Source: Clostridia bacterium
GTDB taxonomy: Bacteria; Bacillota; Clostridia; Oscillospirales; Acutalibacteraceae
Direction: 5' to 3'
DNA length: 64,000 nt
NCBI GenBank assembly: GCA_017521425.1
Contig: JAFXCQ010000021.1
Coordinates: 16,011-80,010 of the forward strand
The number at the start of each line of letters is the position of its first letter. Within the stretch, counting starts at the first letter, position 1. Of this stretch, positions 26,427-34,485 are shown piece after piece. The notes under the pieces were generated by a model. That model was given only the letters and a program-made list of their open reading frames with translations, was not told where the DNA came from and did not search any database. The position numbers and the translations under genes are program-made.

Positions 26427-28157
26427 ATGGCAATCTTTAAATGTAAAATGTGCGGTGGCGATTTAGAAGTTTTTGATAACGCAACCGTTTGCGAATGTGA
26501 ATATTGTGGAACAAAACAAACTGTTCCCAGGTTAGATGATGAAAAGAAATTAGCGCTTTTCACCCGTGCTAATAATCTTCGCCTTAAAAGTGAATTTGAC
26601 AAAGCTGCCGGTATTTATGAAAGCATCATCGCGGAGTTTCGTGATGATGCAGAGGCTTATTGGGGACTTGTACTTTGTAAATATGGTATTGAATATGTTG
26701 AAGATAGAGACAGTAGCAGAATTCCAACTTGCCATCGTACATTACCGGTGTCGATAATGGATGATGATGATTTTCAGCAAGCATGTGAATATGCGGATAT
26801 TGCTGCTAAAACTGTTTATCGTAACGAAGCAAAGGCAATAGATAAAATTCAGAAGAAAATTTTAAAGATTGCTCATAATGAAACTCCTTACGATATTTTT
26901 ATATGTTATAAAGAAACTGACGATATAACAGGCGCTCGTACAGAAGACAGTCTTATAGCCCAAGATGTTTACACAAAACTTATAAAAGATGGTTACCGAG
27001 TTTTCTTTGCGAGAGATACACTTCGTGAGGTAGCCGGTGTTGACTATGAACCATACATATATGCAGCATTGTCAAGTGCTAAAATAATGCTTGCTATTGG
27101 TACAAAACATGAATATTACGATGCAGTCTGGGTTAAAAATGAGTGGAGTCGTTTCATTTCTATGATGGGTGATGACTCGAGTAAAGTTTTAATTCCTTGT
27201 TTTAAAGATATGGACGCTTATGATATGCCGAAAGCATTTAAAAATATGCAGGCACTCGATATGGGTGAAGTAACATTTTTTGGAGACCTCGTAGATAATA
27301 TTGAAAGAGTTTTAAGTAAATTTAGTGTTAAAGGTTCAACTGAAACCATCGGTTTTAATAGCGGAAATTCTGATGTTGCTCCGCTTTTAGAAAGAGGCTT
27401 TTTATTTCTTGAAGATGAAAATTGGCAAAAGGGTGATGATTTTTTTGAACTTGTACTTAATAAAGACCCAAAAAATGCCAGAGCATATCTCGGTAAACTT
27501 TTAGTTGACCTTGAAGTTTCAAATCCTGAAAATTTAAAAGATTTTCATACTCCTTTTGATGATAATGACAATTATCAGAAAATTATGCGCTTTGCAGATA
27601 AGTCTTTAAAAGATAATATTAAAAAGCAAAATGACATTATTATAAGACGAAACGAAGAAAACCGCAAAAGAGATATTTATGAAAAAGCAGTTTCGATGAT
27701 GTCAAGTGACACAAGTGCCAAAATGCTTGAAGCAGCAGGTTATTTATTTTTAGAAGTAAAAGATTTTAATGACGCAAGAGATTTAGCAGAAGATTGTTTT
27801 GAAAAAGCAGAAGTTGCGAGTAAAAATGAAACTCTCAGGGAAGCAAAACAAAAAATTAAACAAGATAACATCAAAAGTATTAAAACTGCCATAGAAATGC
27901 TTGAAGGAATTCAAGGTTGGGAAGATGCAGATGAGCAACTGGAATTTTGCAAAAAACGAATTGAAGAACTTAGGTTGAAAGAAATTGAGAAAAAAAGAGA
28001 ACAAGAGCGAAAAATAGCAGAAATTAAAGCAAAGTCGGAAAAACAAGCACAATACAGAGCAAAGGGGCTTTGTCAACATTGTGGTGGTGAGTTCAAAGGC
28101 TTTTTTAATAAAAAATGTGTAAACTGTGGTTTGCCAAGAGATTATTTGAAAATTTAA
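26427..28157 (+). CDS. Zinc-ribbon / TIR-domain / TPR-like / coiled-coil protein with a C-terminal zinc ribbon (TIR paralog 1)
   Basis: ATG 26427 lies after GGGAG. It has an N-terminal CKMC...CEYC ribbon. The TIR signature spans about nt 26886-27296: YDIFICYKE, GYRVFFARD, SAKIMLAIG and AVWVKNEWSRF, with the candidate catalytic Glu codon at 27141-27143. It has a K/E-rich coiled coil. The C-terminal ribbon is CQHCGG...CVNCG. Confidence 0.8.
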   Translation: MAIFKCKMCGGDLEVFDNATVCECEYCGTKQTVPRLDDEKKLALFTRANNLRLKSEFDKAAGIYESIIAEFRDDAEAYWGLVLCKYGIEYVEDRDSSRIPTCHRTLPVSIMDDDDFQQACEYADIAAKTVYRNEAKAIDKIQKKILKIAHNETPYDIFICYKETDDITGARTEDSLIAQDVYTKLIKDGYRVFFARDTLREVAGVDYEPYIYAALSSAKIMLAIGTKHEYYDAVWVKNEWSRFISMMGDDSSKVLIPCFKDMDAYDMPKAFKNMQALDMGEVTFFGDLVDNIERVLSKFSVKGSTETIGFNSGNSDVAPLLERGFLFLEDENWQKGDDFFELVLNKDPKNARAYLGKLLVDLEVSNPENLKDFHTPFDDNDNYQKIMRFADKSLKDNIKKQNDIIIRRNEENRKRDIYEKAVSMMSSDTSAKMLEAAGYLFLEVKDFNDARDLAEDCFEKAEVASKNETLREAKQKIKQDNIKSIKTAIEMLEGIQGWEDADEQLEFCKKRIEELRLKEIEKKREQERKIAEIKAKSEKQAQYRAKGLCQHCGGEFKGFFNKKCVNCGLPRDYLKI

Positions 28158-28195
28158 AATAATAAAACTCAAAATAAAAATTGGAGGTTTTTTAT

Positions 28196-29542
28196 ATGTC
28201 AAAAATAGTAGATATCATTAAATACGAGGGAGATAACAGTACATTTATATGGAAGCATCCTGCTGAAGACTTTAACTATATGAGTCAGCTCGTAGTTCAC
28301 GAAAGCCAGGAAGCTATATTCTTTATGAATGGTCAGGCACTCGATTTGTTTGGGCCTGGTCGTCATACCCTCGAAACACAAAATATTCCTGTTTTGGGCA
28401 AAGCACTTAATAAAGTAACAGGTGACAAGTCACCATTCCATTGTGAAGTTTACTTTATTAACAAAACTGTACAAATGGCGCTTAAATGGGGGACAGACAG
28501 TAAAGTTCGTTTTATTGACCCACTTACAGGTGTGCCACTTGAAATTGGTGCTTGTGGTGAAATGAATCTTCAGGTTAGTGATTCCCGTAAACTTCTTGTT
28601 AAATTAGTTGGTACTATGAAAGGTATCGCGTGGGAAGCAAACAGAGAAGGTTTTACAAAAAGTCTTACTGATTCTTTTAAACCACTTATTTCAACAGCAG
28701 TTAAAACAAATCTTGCTTCTGCTTTAAAACAAAGTGAAATTGATATTTTAGAAATTGACGAACGACTTGAAGAACTTTCAGGTACTCTTTGTGAGAAACT
28801 TATTCCGGGTTTTGAAGAATATGGTTTAACAATTCCACAGTTTTATGTTACAACAGTTGTTTTACCTGAAAATGACCCTAATTTCAAGAAAATCCGTGAA
28901 TTACATACAATTTCATTCCAGAAAAAAATGGTAGAGGCAAGTAGAGAAATTGAACTCGAACGTCAGACAACCGAAACAGAAATTGTAAAACGCGAAGCAG
29001 AGCGTGAACTTATAAAAGCGCAAACTGAAGCACAGGCAGCAAAAATGGCAGGTTTTGCAGAAGCAGAAATTATGGCTGCAAAAGGTATTACAGAAAAAGA
29101 CTATGTACAGGCAGATGTTCAGAAAGCATTTGCAGAAGGTCTTGGTAATATGGGCTCCGGCGGAAGTGCTGGTGGCGGTATGATGGGCGACATCGTTGGT
29201 CTTGGTGTAGGTCTTCAGGCGGCTAATGCTATGAGTGGTCAGTTAGGCGGTATTTTCAACGGTCTTGCAGGTGGCTCTCAGGAAGCACCACAACAAAGTA
29301 ATGTTAAATGTGCTAACTGTGGTAACACATTACCTCAGAATGCAAAATTCTGTCTTGAATGTGGTACTAAAGTTGAAAATCTTTCTGAAAACGAAATAAT
29401 TTGCCCTTCGTGTGGTAAAAAGACTGCAAAAGGCAAGTTTTGTATGGAATGTGGCGCATCTTTAATTGTGAAATGTGCAAAATGTGGCGCGGAAATCCCG
29501 AACGGTGCAAAATTCTGTCTTGAATGTGGCGAAAAACTTTAA
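28196..29542 (+). CDS. SPFH/Band-7 domain protein of the YdjI (virion-core-protein-like) type with a Gly-rich linker and three C-terminal zinc ribbons
   Basis: ATG 28196 lies after GGAGG. LVVHESQEAIFFMNGQALDLFGPGRHTLETQNIPVL is the YdjI-type SPFH N-terminus, followed by a coiled coil (EIELERQTTETEIVKREAERE). The ribbons are CANCG..FCLECG, CPSCG..FCMECG and CAKCG..FCLECG, at about 29300-29539. Confidence 0.8.
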   Translation: MSKIVDIIKYEGDNSTFIWKHPAEDFNYMSQLVVHESQEAIFFMNGQALDLFGPGRHTLETQNIPVLGKALNKVTGDKSPFHCEVYFINKTVQMALKWGTDSKVRFIDPLTGVPLEIGACGEMNLQVSDSRKLLVKLVGTMKGIAWEANREGFTKSLTDSFKPLISTAVKTNLASALKQSEIDILEIDERLEELSGTLCEKLIPGFEEYGLTIPQFYVTTVVLPENDPNFKKIRELHTISFQKKMVEASREIELERQTTETEIVKREAERELIKAQTEAQAAKMAGFAEAEIMAAKGITEKDYVQADVQKAFAEGLGNMGSGGSAGGGMMGDIVGLGVGLQAANAMSGQLGGIFNGLAGGSQEAPQQSNVKCANCGNTLPQNAKFCLECGTKVENLSENEIICPSCGKKTAKGKFCMECGASLIVKCAKCGAEIPNGAKFCLECGEKL

Positions 29543-29561
29543 TTTCTGAGGAGTAATTATT

Positions 29562-30254
29562 ATGAAAACATCATTTAAAATTTATGCTCTTATATGGGCA
29601 ATAGGCTTTGCAATTTTTAATTTAGTTGCTTTTATTCCTGTTGTAAGTATTGAAGGTGCAGAAATTACATCTTCATTTGTTGTTGCAAATATTTTCTGTG
29701 ACATTATGTTTATAGCACAACTTGGTTGCGGTTACTTTGCGTTTAAACCGGAAAATAAGCAAAAAATGTTTTATAATATACCACTTGTTACAACAAGTTT
29801 AGTAAGTCTCTTTGTTACAATAGTTGCCGCAGTTATTTTAGCATTAATTCCTGACGTTCCGAACTGGCTTACTGCACTTGTTTTAGTAGTTATTACTTTA
29901 ATTTCAGTTGTTGCTATTTTAAAATCACATTTCGTAGCAGAAACAGTTGCAAAAATTGATGATAAAGTTAAAACTAAAACCTTTTTTATTAAAAATCTTA
30001 CTGTTGATGCTGAAACCCTCATTTCAAAAGCAACAACAGAAGAAGCAAAAGCAGTTGCAAATAATGTTTACGAAGCAATCCGTTACTCTGACCCTATGAC
30101 AAATGATGCGCTTTCTTCACTTGAAAGTGAAATTACAAATAAATTCAATGCATTTGAAAATGCTGTTGTAAGTGGTGAAGCACTTGAAGAAACTTCAAAA
30201 GCACTTTTGATTTTAGTTGAAGAAAGAAACCAAAAATGCAAACTTCTTAAATAA
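29562..30254 (+). CDS. Uncharacterised 4-TM membrane protein with a ~105-aa helical C-terminal tail
   Basis: ATG 29562 lies 8 nt after GAGGAG and 19 nt after the SPFH stop. Four hydrophobic helices fall within aa 7-122, followed by a soluble helical tail (VYEAIRYSDPMTNDALSSLESEI). I recognise no family. Confidence 0.6.
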   Translation: MKTSFKIYALIWAIGFAIFNLVAFIPVVSIEGAEITSSFVVANIFCDIMFIAQLGCGYFAFKPENKQKMFYNIPLVTTSLVSLFVTIVAAVILALIPDVPNWLTALVLVVITLISVVAILKSHFVAETVAKIDDKVKTKTFFIKNLTVDAETLISKATTEEAKAVANNVYEAIRYSDPMTNDALSSLESEITNKFNAFENAVVSGEALEETSKALLILVEERNQKCKLLK

Positions 30255-30318
30255 TGAGAGTTAAAAAAACAACTTACGAAAAATCAAGGGGGCAAAGGCA
30301 TAAAATCATTGTGCGTTG

Positions 30319-30339
30319 TGCATTGTGAATTATGAATTG
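30319..30339 (+). repeat. 21-nt motif tgcattgtgaattatgaattg, copy 2 (immediately upstream of TIR gene 2)
   Basis: It matches 26281-26301 at 20 of 21 positions and ends 6 nt before ATG 30345. Confidence 0.75.
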
Positions 30340-30344
30340 AGTAT

Positions 30345-32243
30345 ATGGCAGTTTTTAAATGTAAAATGTGCGGTGGTGACCTCGAGGTTCAGGAAAAAAC
30401 TACCGTATCTGAATGTGCATATTGTGGAACAAAGCAAACTGTTCCAAGTTCAGATGATGAAAAGAAACTTCAACTTTTCAACAGAGCAAACAGATTAAGA
30501 TACAATAACGAATTTGATAAAGCGGCTGGTGTTTACGAGTCAATTGTAGCAGAATTCCCAGAAGAACCTGAAAGTTATTGGGGGTTAGTTCTCTGTAAAT
30601 ACGGCATTGAATATGTTGATGACAAAAAAACAGGCAGAAAAATACCAACTTGTCACAGAACTGTTCCGGTGTCAATTCTTGATGATAAAAACTATGAGTT
30701 AGCTTATGAGTATGCTGACAATTCTGCAAAAGCAATTTACAGAGAAGAAGCAAAAGAAATTGATAAAATTCAGAAAAGTATTCTTTCAATTGTTGAAAAC
30801 GAAAACCCTTATGATGTTTTTATCTGTTATAAAGAAACCGATGAAAATGGTAACAGAACTGAAGATAGTTTACTTGCACAGGATATTTACACAGAATTAG
30901 TAAAAGAGGATTATAAAGTATTCTTTTCGCGTGTTACTTTGCGTGATATGGCAGGTACTGAGTATGAACCGTATATTTATGCCGCTTTAAAAAGTGCGAA
31001 AGTAATGCTTTGTATCGGTACAAAATATGAGTACTTTGATGCTGTGTGGGTAAAAAACGAGTGGAGTCGCTTTCTTTCAATGATGGAAAGTGATGAAGAA
31101 AAGCATCTCATTCCTTGTTTTAAGAATTTAGATGCTTATGATATGCCAAAAGAATTTAAAAATCTTCAGGCACTTGATATGGATGAGGTTACTTTCTTTA
31201 AAAATCTTGCAAATTCTATCGAGAAATTTGTTGAAAAAGAAACTGTTACCGAAACAGTTATAATAAATTCCGGGCCTACTGCTATTGAGCCATTGTTAAA
31301 AAGGGCATTTATGTTTCTTGAAGATGGTGAATTTAAAGATGCAGACGAATACGCAGAAAAAATACTTGATACAAACCCTGAGTGTGCTGAAGGGTATCTT
31401 GTAAAAGTTCTGGCAGAGAATTCTTTAAGAAAAAGACGCGATTTGTCTGATTGTGAAGGTCAATACACCTGTAGTAAAGATTATCAGAAAGCTGTTCGTT
31501 TTGCCGATGAAAAGTTAAAAGCAGAGTTGGATGAGTACCTTTCAGTATGGAAAGAATACAAATATAATATTGCTTGTGAAAATATGGCAACTGCTACGAC
31601 AATTGATGAATATAATTCTGTAATTTCAATTTTTGAGATGCTCGAAGGTTACAAAGATTCACAAGAAAAAATTGAAATTTGTATGAATAATATCAATGAT
31701 ATTACCAGCGAAAATTGCAGAATTGCAGGTATTAAAAATAGTATTTGTCGAAAAAATATCAGAATAAATGAACTTACAAAAAATAAAGAAGAACTTAATA
31801 AAGCTCTTGAAGAATGTAAAGAACAGTACCACAGAAGAAAGGCTTTAAGTCTCAAAAGACTGACCGCTTCTCAGGTTGCAATGTTTGTACCAGCTTTTAT
31901 TTCGACAATGATTATCAGTTTAAATGGCGAGGTAAATCAATCACTTTCAGAAATTTTTGCTTTTCTTACTTTCGGCGCATATATTTGGTATTTGGTAGAA
32001 GTTTATTTGTTTATGAAAAAAGGTGTTAAAGGCAAAAAATACAGAATAATACTTTTTATTTACCCGTTCATTGGTTTTATTTTCTGTTTAAAAGAATGGC
32101 TTTTTATGAAGAAAAATTACAATTTTACAATCGGTGAAAAGTTAAAGGAAATCCAACTCTTAAACAGAAAAATCAGCGAATGTGATATTGAAATATTGAA
32201 AGAACAACAAGAAATAAAAAAATTGAATGCTGAGCAAGAATAG
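30345..32243 (+). CDS. Zinc-ribbon / TIR-domain / TPR-like protein with three C-terminal TM helices (TIR paralog 2, membrane anchored)
   Basis: It has N-terminal CKMC...CAYC, YDVFICYKE, DYKVFFSRV, SAKVMLCIG and AVWVKNEWSRF, with the Glu codon at 31059-31061. Hydrophobic helices lie at about aa 509-526, 536-556 and 566-587 (nt ~31869-32105), followed by a short coiled-coil tail. Confidence 0.8.
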   Translation: MAVFKCKMCGGDLEVQEKTTVSECAYCGTKQTVPSSDDEKKLQLFNRANRLRYNNEFDKAAGVYESIVAEFPEEPESYWGLVLCKYGIEYVDDKKTGRKIPTCHRTVPVSILDDKNYELAYEYADNSAKAIYREEAKEIDKIQKSILSIVENENPYDVFICYKETDENGNRTEDSLLAQDIYTELVKEDYKVFFSRVTLRDMAGTEYEPYIYAALKSAKVMLCIGTKYEYFDAVWVKNEWSRFLSMMESDEEKHLIPCFKNLDAYDMPKEFKNLQALDMDEVTFFKNLANSIEKFVEKETVTETVIINSGPTAIEPLLKRAFMFLEDGEFKDADEYAEKILDTNPECAEGYLVKVLAENSLRKRRDLSDCEGQYTCSKDYQKAVRFADEKLKAELDEYLSVWKEYKYNIACENMATATTIDEYNSVISIFEMLEGYKDSQEKIEICMNNINDITSENCRIAGIKNSICRKNIRINELTKNKEELNKALEECKEQYHRRKALSLKRLTASQVAMFVPAFISTMIISLNGEVNQSLSEIFAFLTFGAYIWYLVEVYLFMKKGVKGKKYRIILFIYPFIGFIFCLKEWLFMKKNYNFTIGEKLKEIQLLNRKISECDIEILKEQQEIKKLNAEQE

Positions 32244-32263
32244 GCTCAGCATTCAGTTTTTTT
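32225..32263 (+). terminator. Rho-independent terminator closing the TIR cassette
   Basis: gaatgctgagc (32225-32235) pairs perfectly with gctcagcattc (32244-32254) across an 8-nt loop, followed by a T7 run (32257-32263). It overlaps the stop codons of both convergent genes. Confidence 0.85.
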
Positions 32264-33419
32264 ATTGCATATATTCCTCAATTCCACCGAACTCGTCCAT
32301 CATAGCCATTATGATGTAAAGTCTTGGAATGTGGAAAGGACCTTTGAAAATATTGCCTTTTAGTGTTGTTGAAACTGTGTTGTCATAGTGAAGGTAACCG
32401 TACCATTCGCCACTTTCGTTATCAACAAAATATTTTTCACAATATTCCTTGAATTCTTTATAAAGCTTTAAGTATTTTTCATCTTTAAACACTGTGTGAG
32501 CAAGTCTTAAAGCAATCATTGTTTCACATTGTGGCCACCAGAGCTTCATATCCCATTCAAGTTGAACAGGCGGTTTACCTTCTAAATCTGTGAATGCAAT
32601 TATACCACCGTGTTTTTTATCAATACCAAGAGGTAAAGTTATGTCAATAATTTTCTTTGCGGCTTCAATTGCTTCATCATTTTTTGTAACAATGCCTTCT
32701 GCTAAAATAAACCATGCGGCTTCAAGCGAATGTCCGGGGTTTACAATTCTGCCGTTAGGTGAGTCAATAAATTTACCATCAACACTAACACTTTCAAGTA
32801 ATGCTCTTTCTGTTAAGTAACCGCCGTGTAAAATCTCATCAAGACATTCTTTTGCAATTTTATTGTATTTGTCGTAAAGACTTTCAACACTTCTCATAAC
32901 CTGTGCAGTTGCAAGCATTATCATAACAGGCGAGAGTGCTTTTGTCTGTTGGTTTTCAGGGTTAATTTTAGGTGGGTTTTTTCTTATTCCTTTAAAGCAT
33001 TCATAAGCAACCGTAAAGTATTTTTCAGCACTTTCTAAAACTTCTTTGTCACCGGTTGCTTTGTAAAGTTCTGCACAACCAATTGCCGCAAATGTTTCAG
33101 AGAAATAATATCTTCTTTTTTGTAATTCACGACCATCTTTTGTTACTGTAAAGAACATTCTGCCATCTGTGTCAGTGCATTTTGGGAAAAATTTATAAAT
33201 GTTTTTTGCTGCCTTTAAGTATTCCTCGTTCTTTTCAATGCAGTTATATGCTTTTGAAAATACCCACAAAGCTCTGCCTTGAAACCATACGCTTTTGTCT
33301 GTTCCGTAAATGTTGCCATCTTTGTCAAGACAAGTGTAAATACCACCATTTTCGTAGTCAATAGCGTCTTTTAACCAGAAAGGCAAAATATTGTTTACTA
33401 AATCATTTTTAAAGTTCAT
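32262..33419 (-). CDS. N-acylglucosamine 2-epimerase (AGE) family epimerase/isomerase
   Basis: ATG 33419 lies 8 nt after AAGGAG. It has LPFWLKDAIDYENGGIY, WFQGRALWVFS and GHSLEAAWF, typical of the AGE superfamily (alpha/alpha)6 barrel. Confidence 0.8.
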   Translation of the reverse strand: MNFKNDLVNNILPFWLKDAIDYENGGIYTCLDKDGNIYGTDKSVWFQGRALWVFSKAYNCIEKNEEYLKAAKNIYKFFPKCTDTDGRMFFTVTKDGRELQKRRYYFSETFAAIGCAELYKATGDKEVLESAEKYFTVAYECFKGIRKNPPKINPENQQTKALSPVMIMLATAQVMRSVESLYDKYNKIAKECLDEILHGGYLTERALLESVSVDGKFIDSPNGRIVNPGHSLEAAWFILAEGIVTKNDEAIEAAKKIIDITLPLGIDKKHGGIIAFTDLEGKPPVQLEWDMKLWWPQCETMIALRLAHTVFKDEKYLKLYKEFKEYCEKYFVDNESGEWYGYLHYDNTVSTTLKGNIFKGPFHIPRLYIIMAMMDEFGGIEEYMQ

Positions 33420-33420
33420 T

Positions 33421-34485
33421 TTAAACACTCCTTATAATTAAATCAGCGTTTTCTTCAATTTTTATACGCTGAAAATATTTGTTTTCCTGTGGAATCCAAT
33501 CGCTTACGAAACGGTCAAGCATCGCTTTACCGTTTCTGCTTGAAATTCTTGAAACTTGTGTCTCGAAAGAGCAGGTTAAAAATATTCTGAAGTCAGAATA
33601 ATCTTCAAAGTATGGGTGTGAAGAGTAAGCGCCTTCAACAATTACAAACTTTTTATTCATTAAAAATCTATTTTCTCTGTAGGTGGCAGTACGACAGTCA
33701 AATCCTTTATAAGAAATAACTTTAGGTTTTCTTAAATTATCAATAACCTCACTTTTCAATCTTTCGTAGTGAATATTTCCGCCGACTGTAGTTAACCTGT
33801 CTTCTGTTCTTAATTCTGGCGGTAAAAAGAAATCATCACAATGAACTATCTCTGCACCTAAAAGTGAAGCTAAATCTTTAGCAAGGGTTGTCTTGCCGGA
33901 TGCGGATTTACCATCAATGTTTATAACAATGTGACTTTTAGATGTATCAAGCTTACGAAGACCGATAACCGCTTCAACCAATGTTCTGTATTTTTCACTT
34001 ATAACTCTGTAAGAAGGGGAATAGTTTTCTTTATAAACATTGCTGTGATTTATTGGTTTGAATCCATTTTTAGCAAATGCGTTTGTTTCGTTTCTTACAC
34101 GTTCTATATCAAAAGGGATTTCTTTGTTTTGTGCCATAACAACTAAAAGACCGAACTTAACAACAAGTTTTTCGTTAGTGCCACAAAATTCATCGGCAGA
34201 TTTTACAATAATTTTATTTATGTAATTTAAATCCGTATCTTTTGGAATTGCCTTTAAATTAAGTCTTAACGCACCGTAACCTATATTTTCAAATAACACT
34301 TCATCTTCGTTATATTCAACTTCCTGAAACTCTTTAGAAAGTGATTTGAAGCATTCTATTTCATTTTCTGCTATGTGTTTAGGACCAAATTCATTCTGAT
34401 AAAGCATTTTTAAAATATCCTGAAGCTCAAGCTTCGGGTATTTTTTTATGTGCTCAAAAATTATATATTTTAACCCGTCAGTCAC
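33421..34485 (-). CDS. Two-domain protein: uncharacterised N-terminal domain plus a uridine-kinase-like P-loop NTPase
   Basis: The P-loop is IDGKSASGKTTLAKDL, followed by VHCDDFFLP, as in uridine/nucleoside kinases. I do not recognise the N-terminal ~190 aa (LQDILKMLYQNEFGPKHI). I chose the GTG start at 34485, after AAGGAAGG, overlapping the upstream stop. The ORF track extends to 34515. Confidence 0.55.
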   Translation of the reverse strand: MTDGLKYIIFEHIKKYPKLELQDILKMLYQNEFGPKHIAENEIECFKSLSKEFQEVEYNEDEVLFENIGYGALRLNLKAIPKDTDLNYINKIIVKSADEFCGTNEKLVVKFGLLVVMAQNKEIPFDIERVRNETNAFAKNGFKPINHSNVYKENYSPSYRVISEKYRTLVEAVIGLRKLDTSKSHIVINIDGKSASGKTTLAKDLASLLGAEIVHCDDFFLPPELRTEDRLTTVGGNIHYERLKSEVIDNLRKPKVISYKGFDCRTATYRENRFLMNKKFVIVEGAYSSHPYFEDYSDFRIFLTCSFETQVSRISSRNGKAMLDRFVSDWIPQENKYFQRIKIEENADLIIRSV

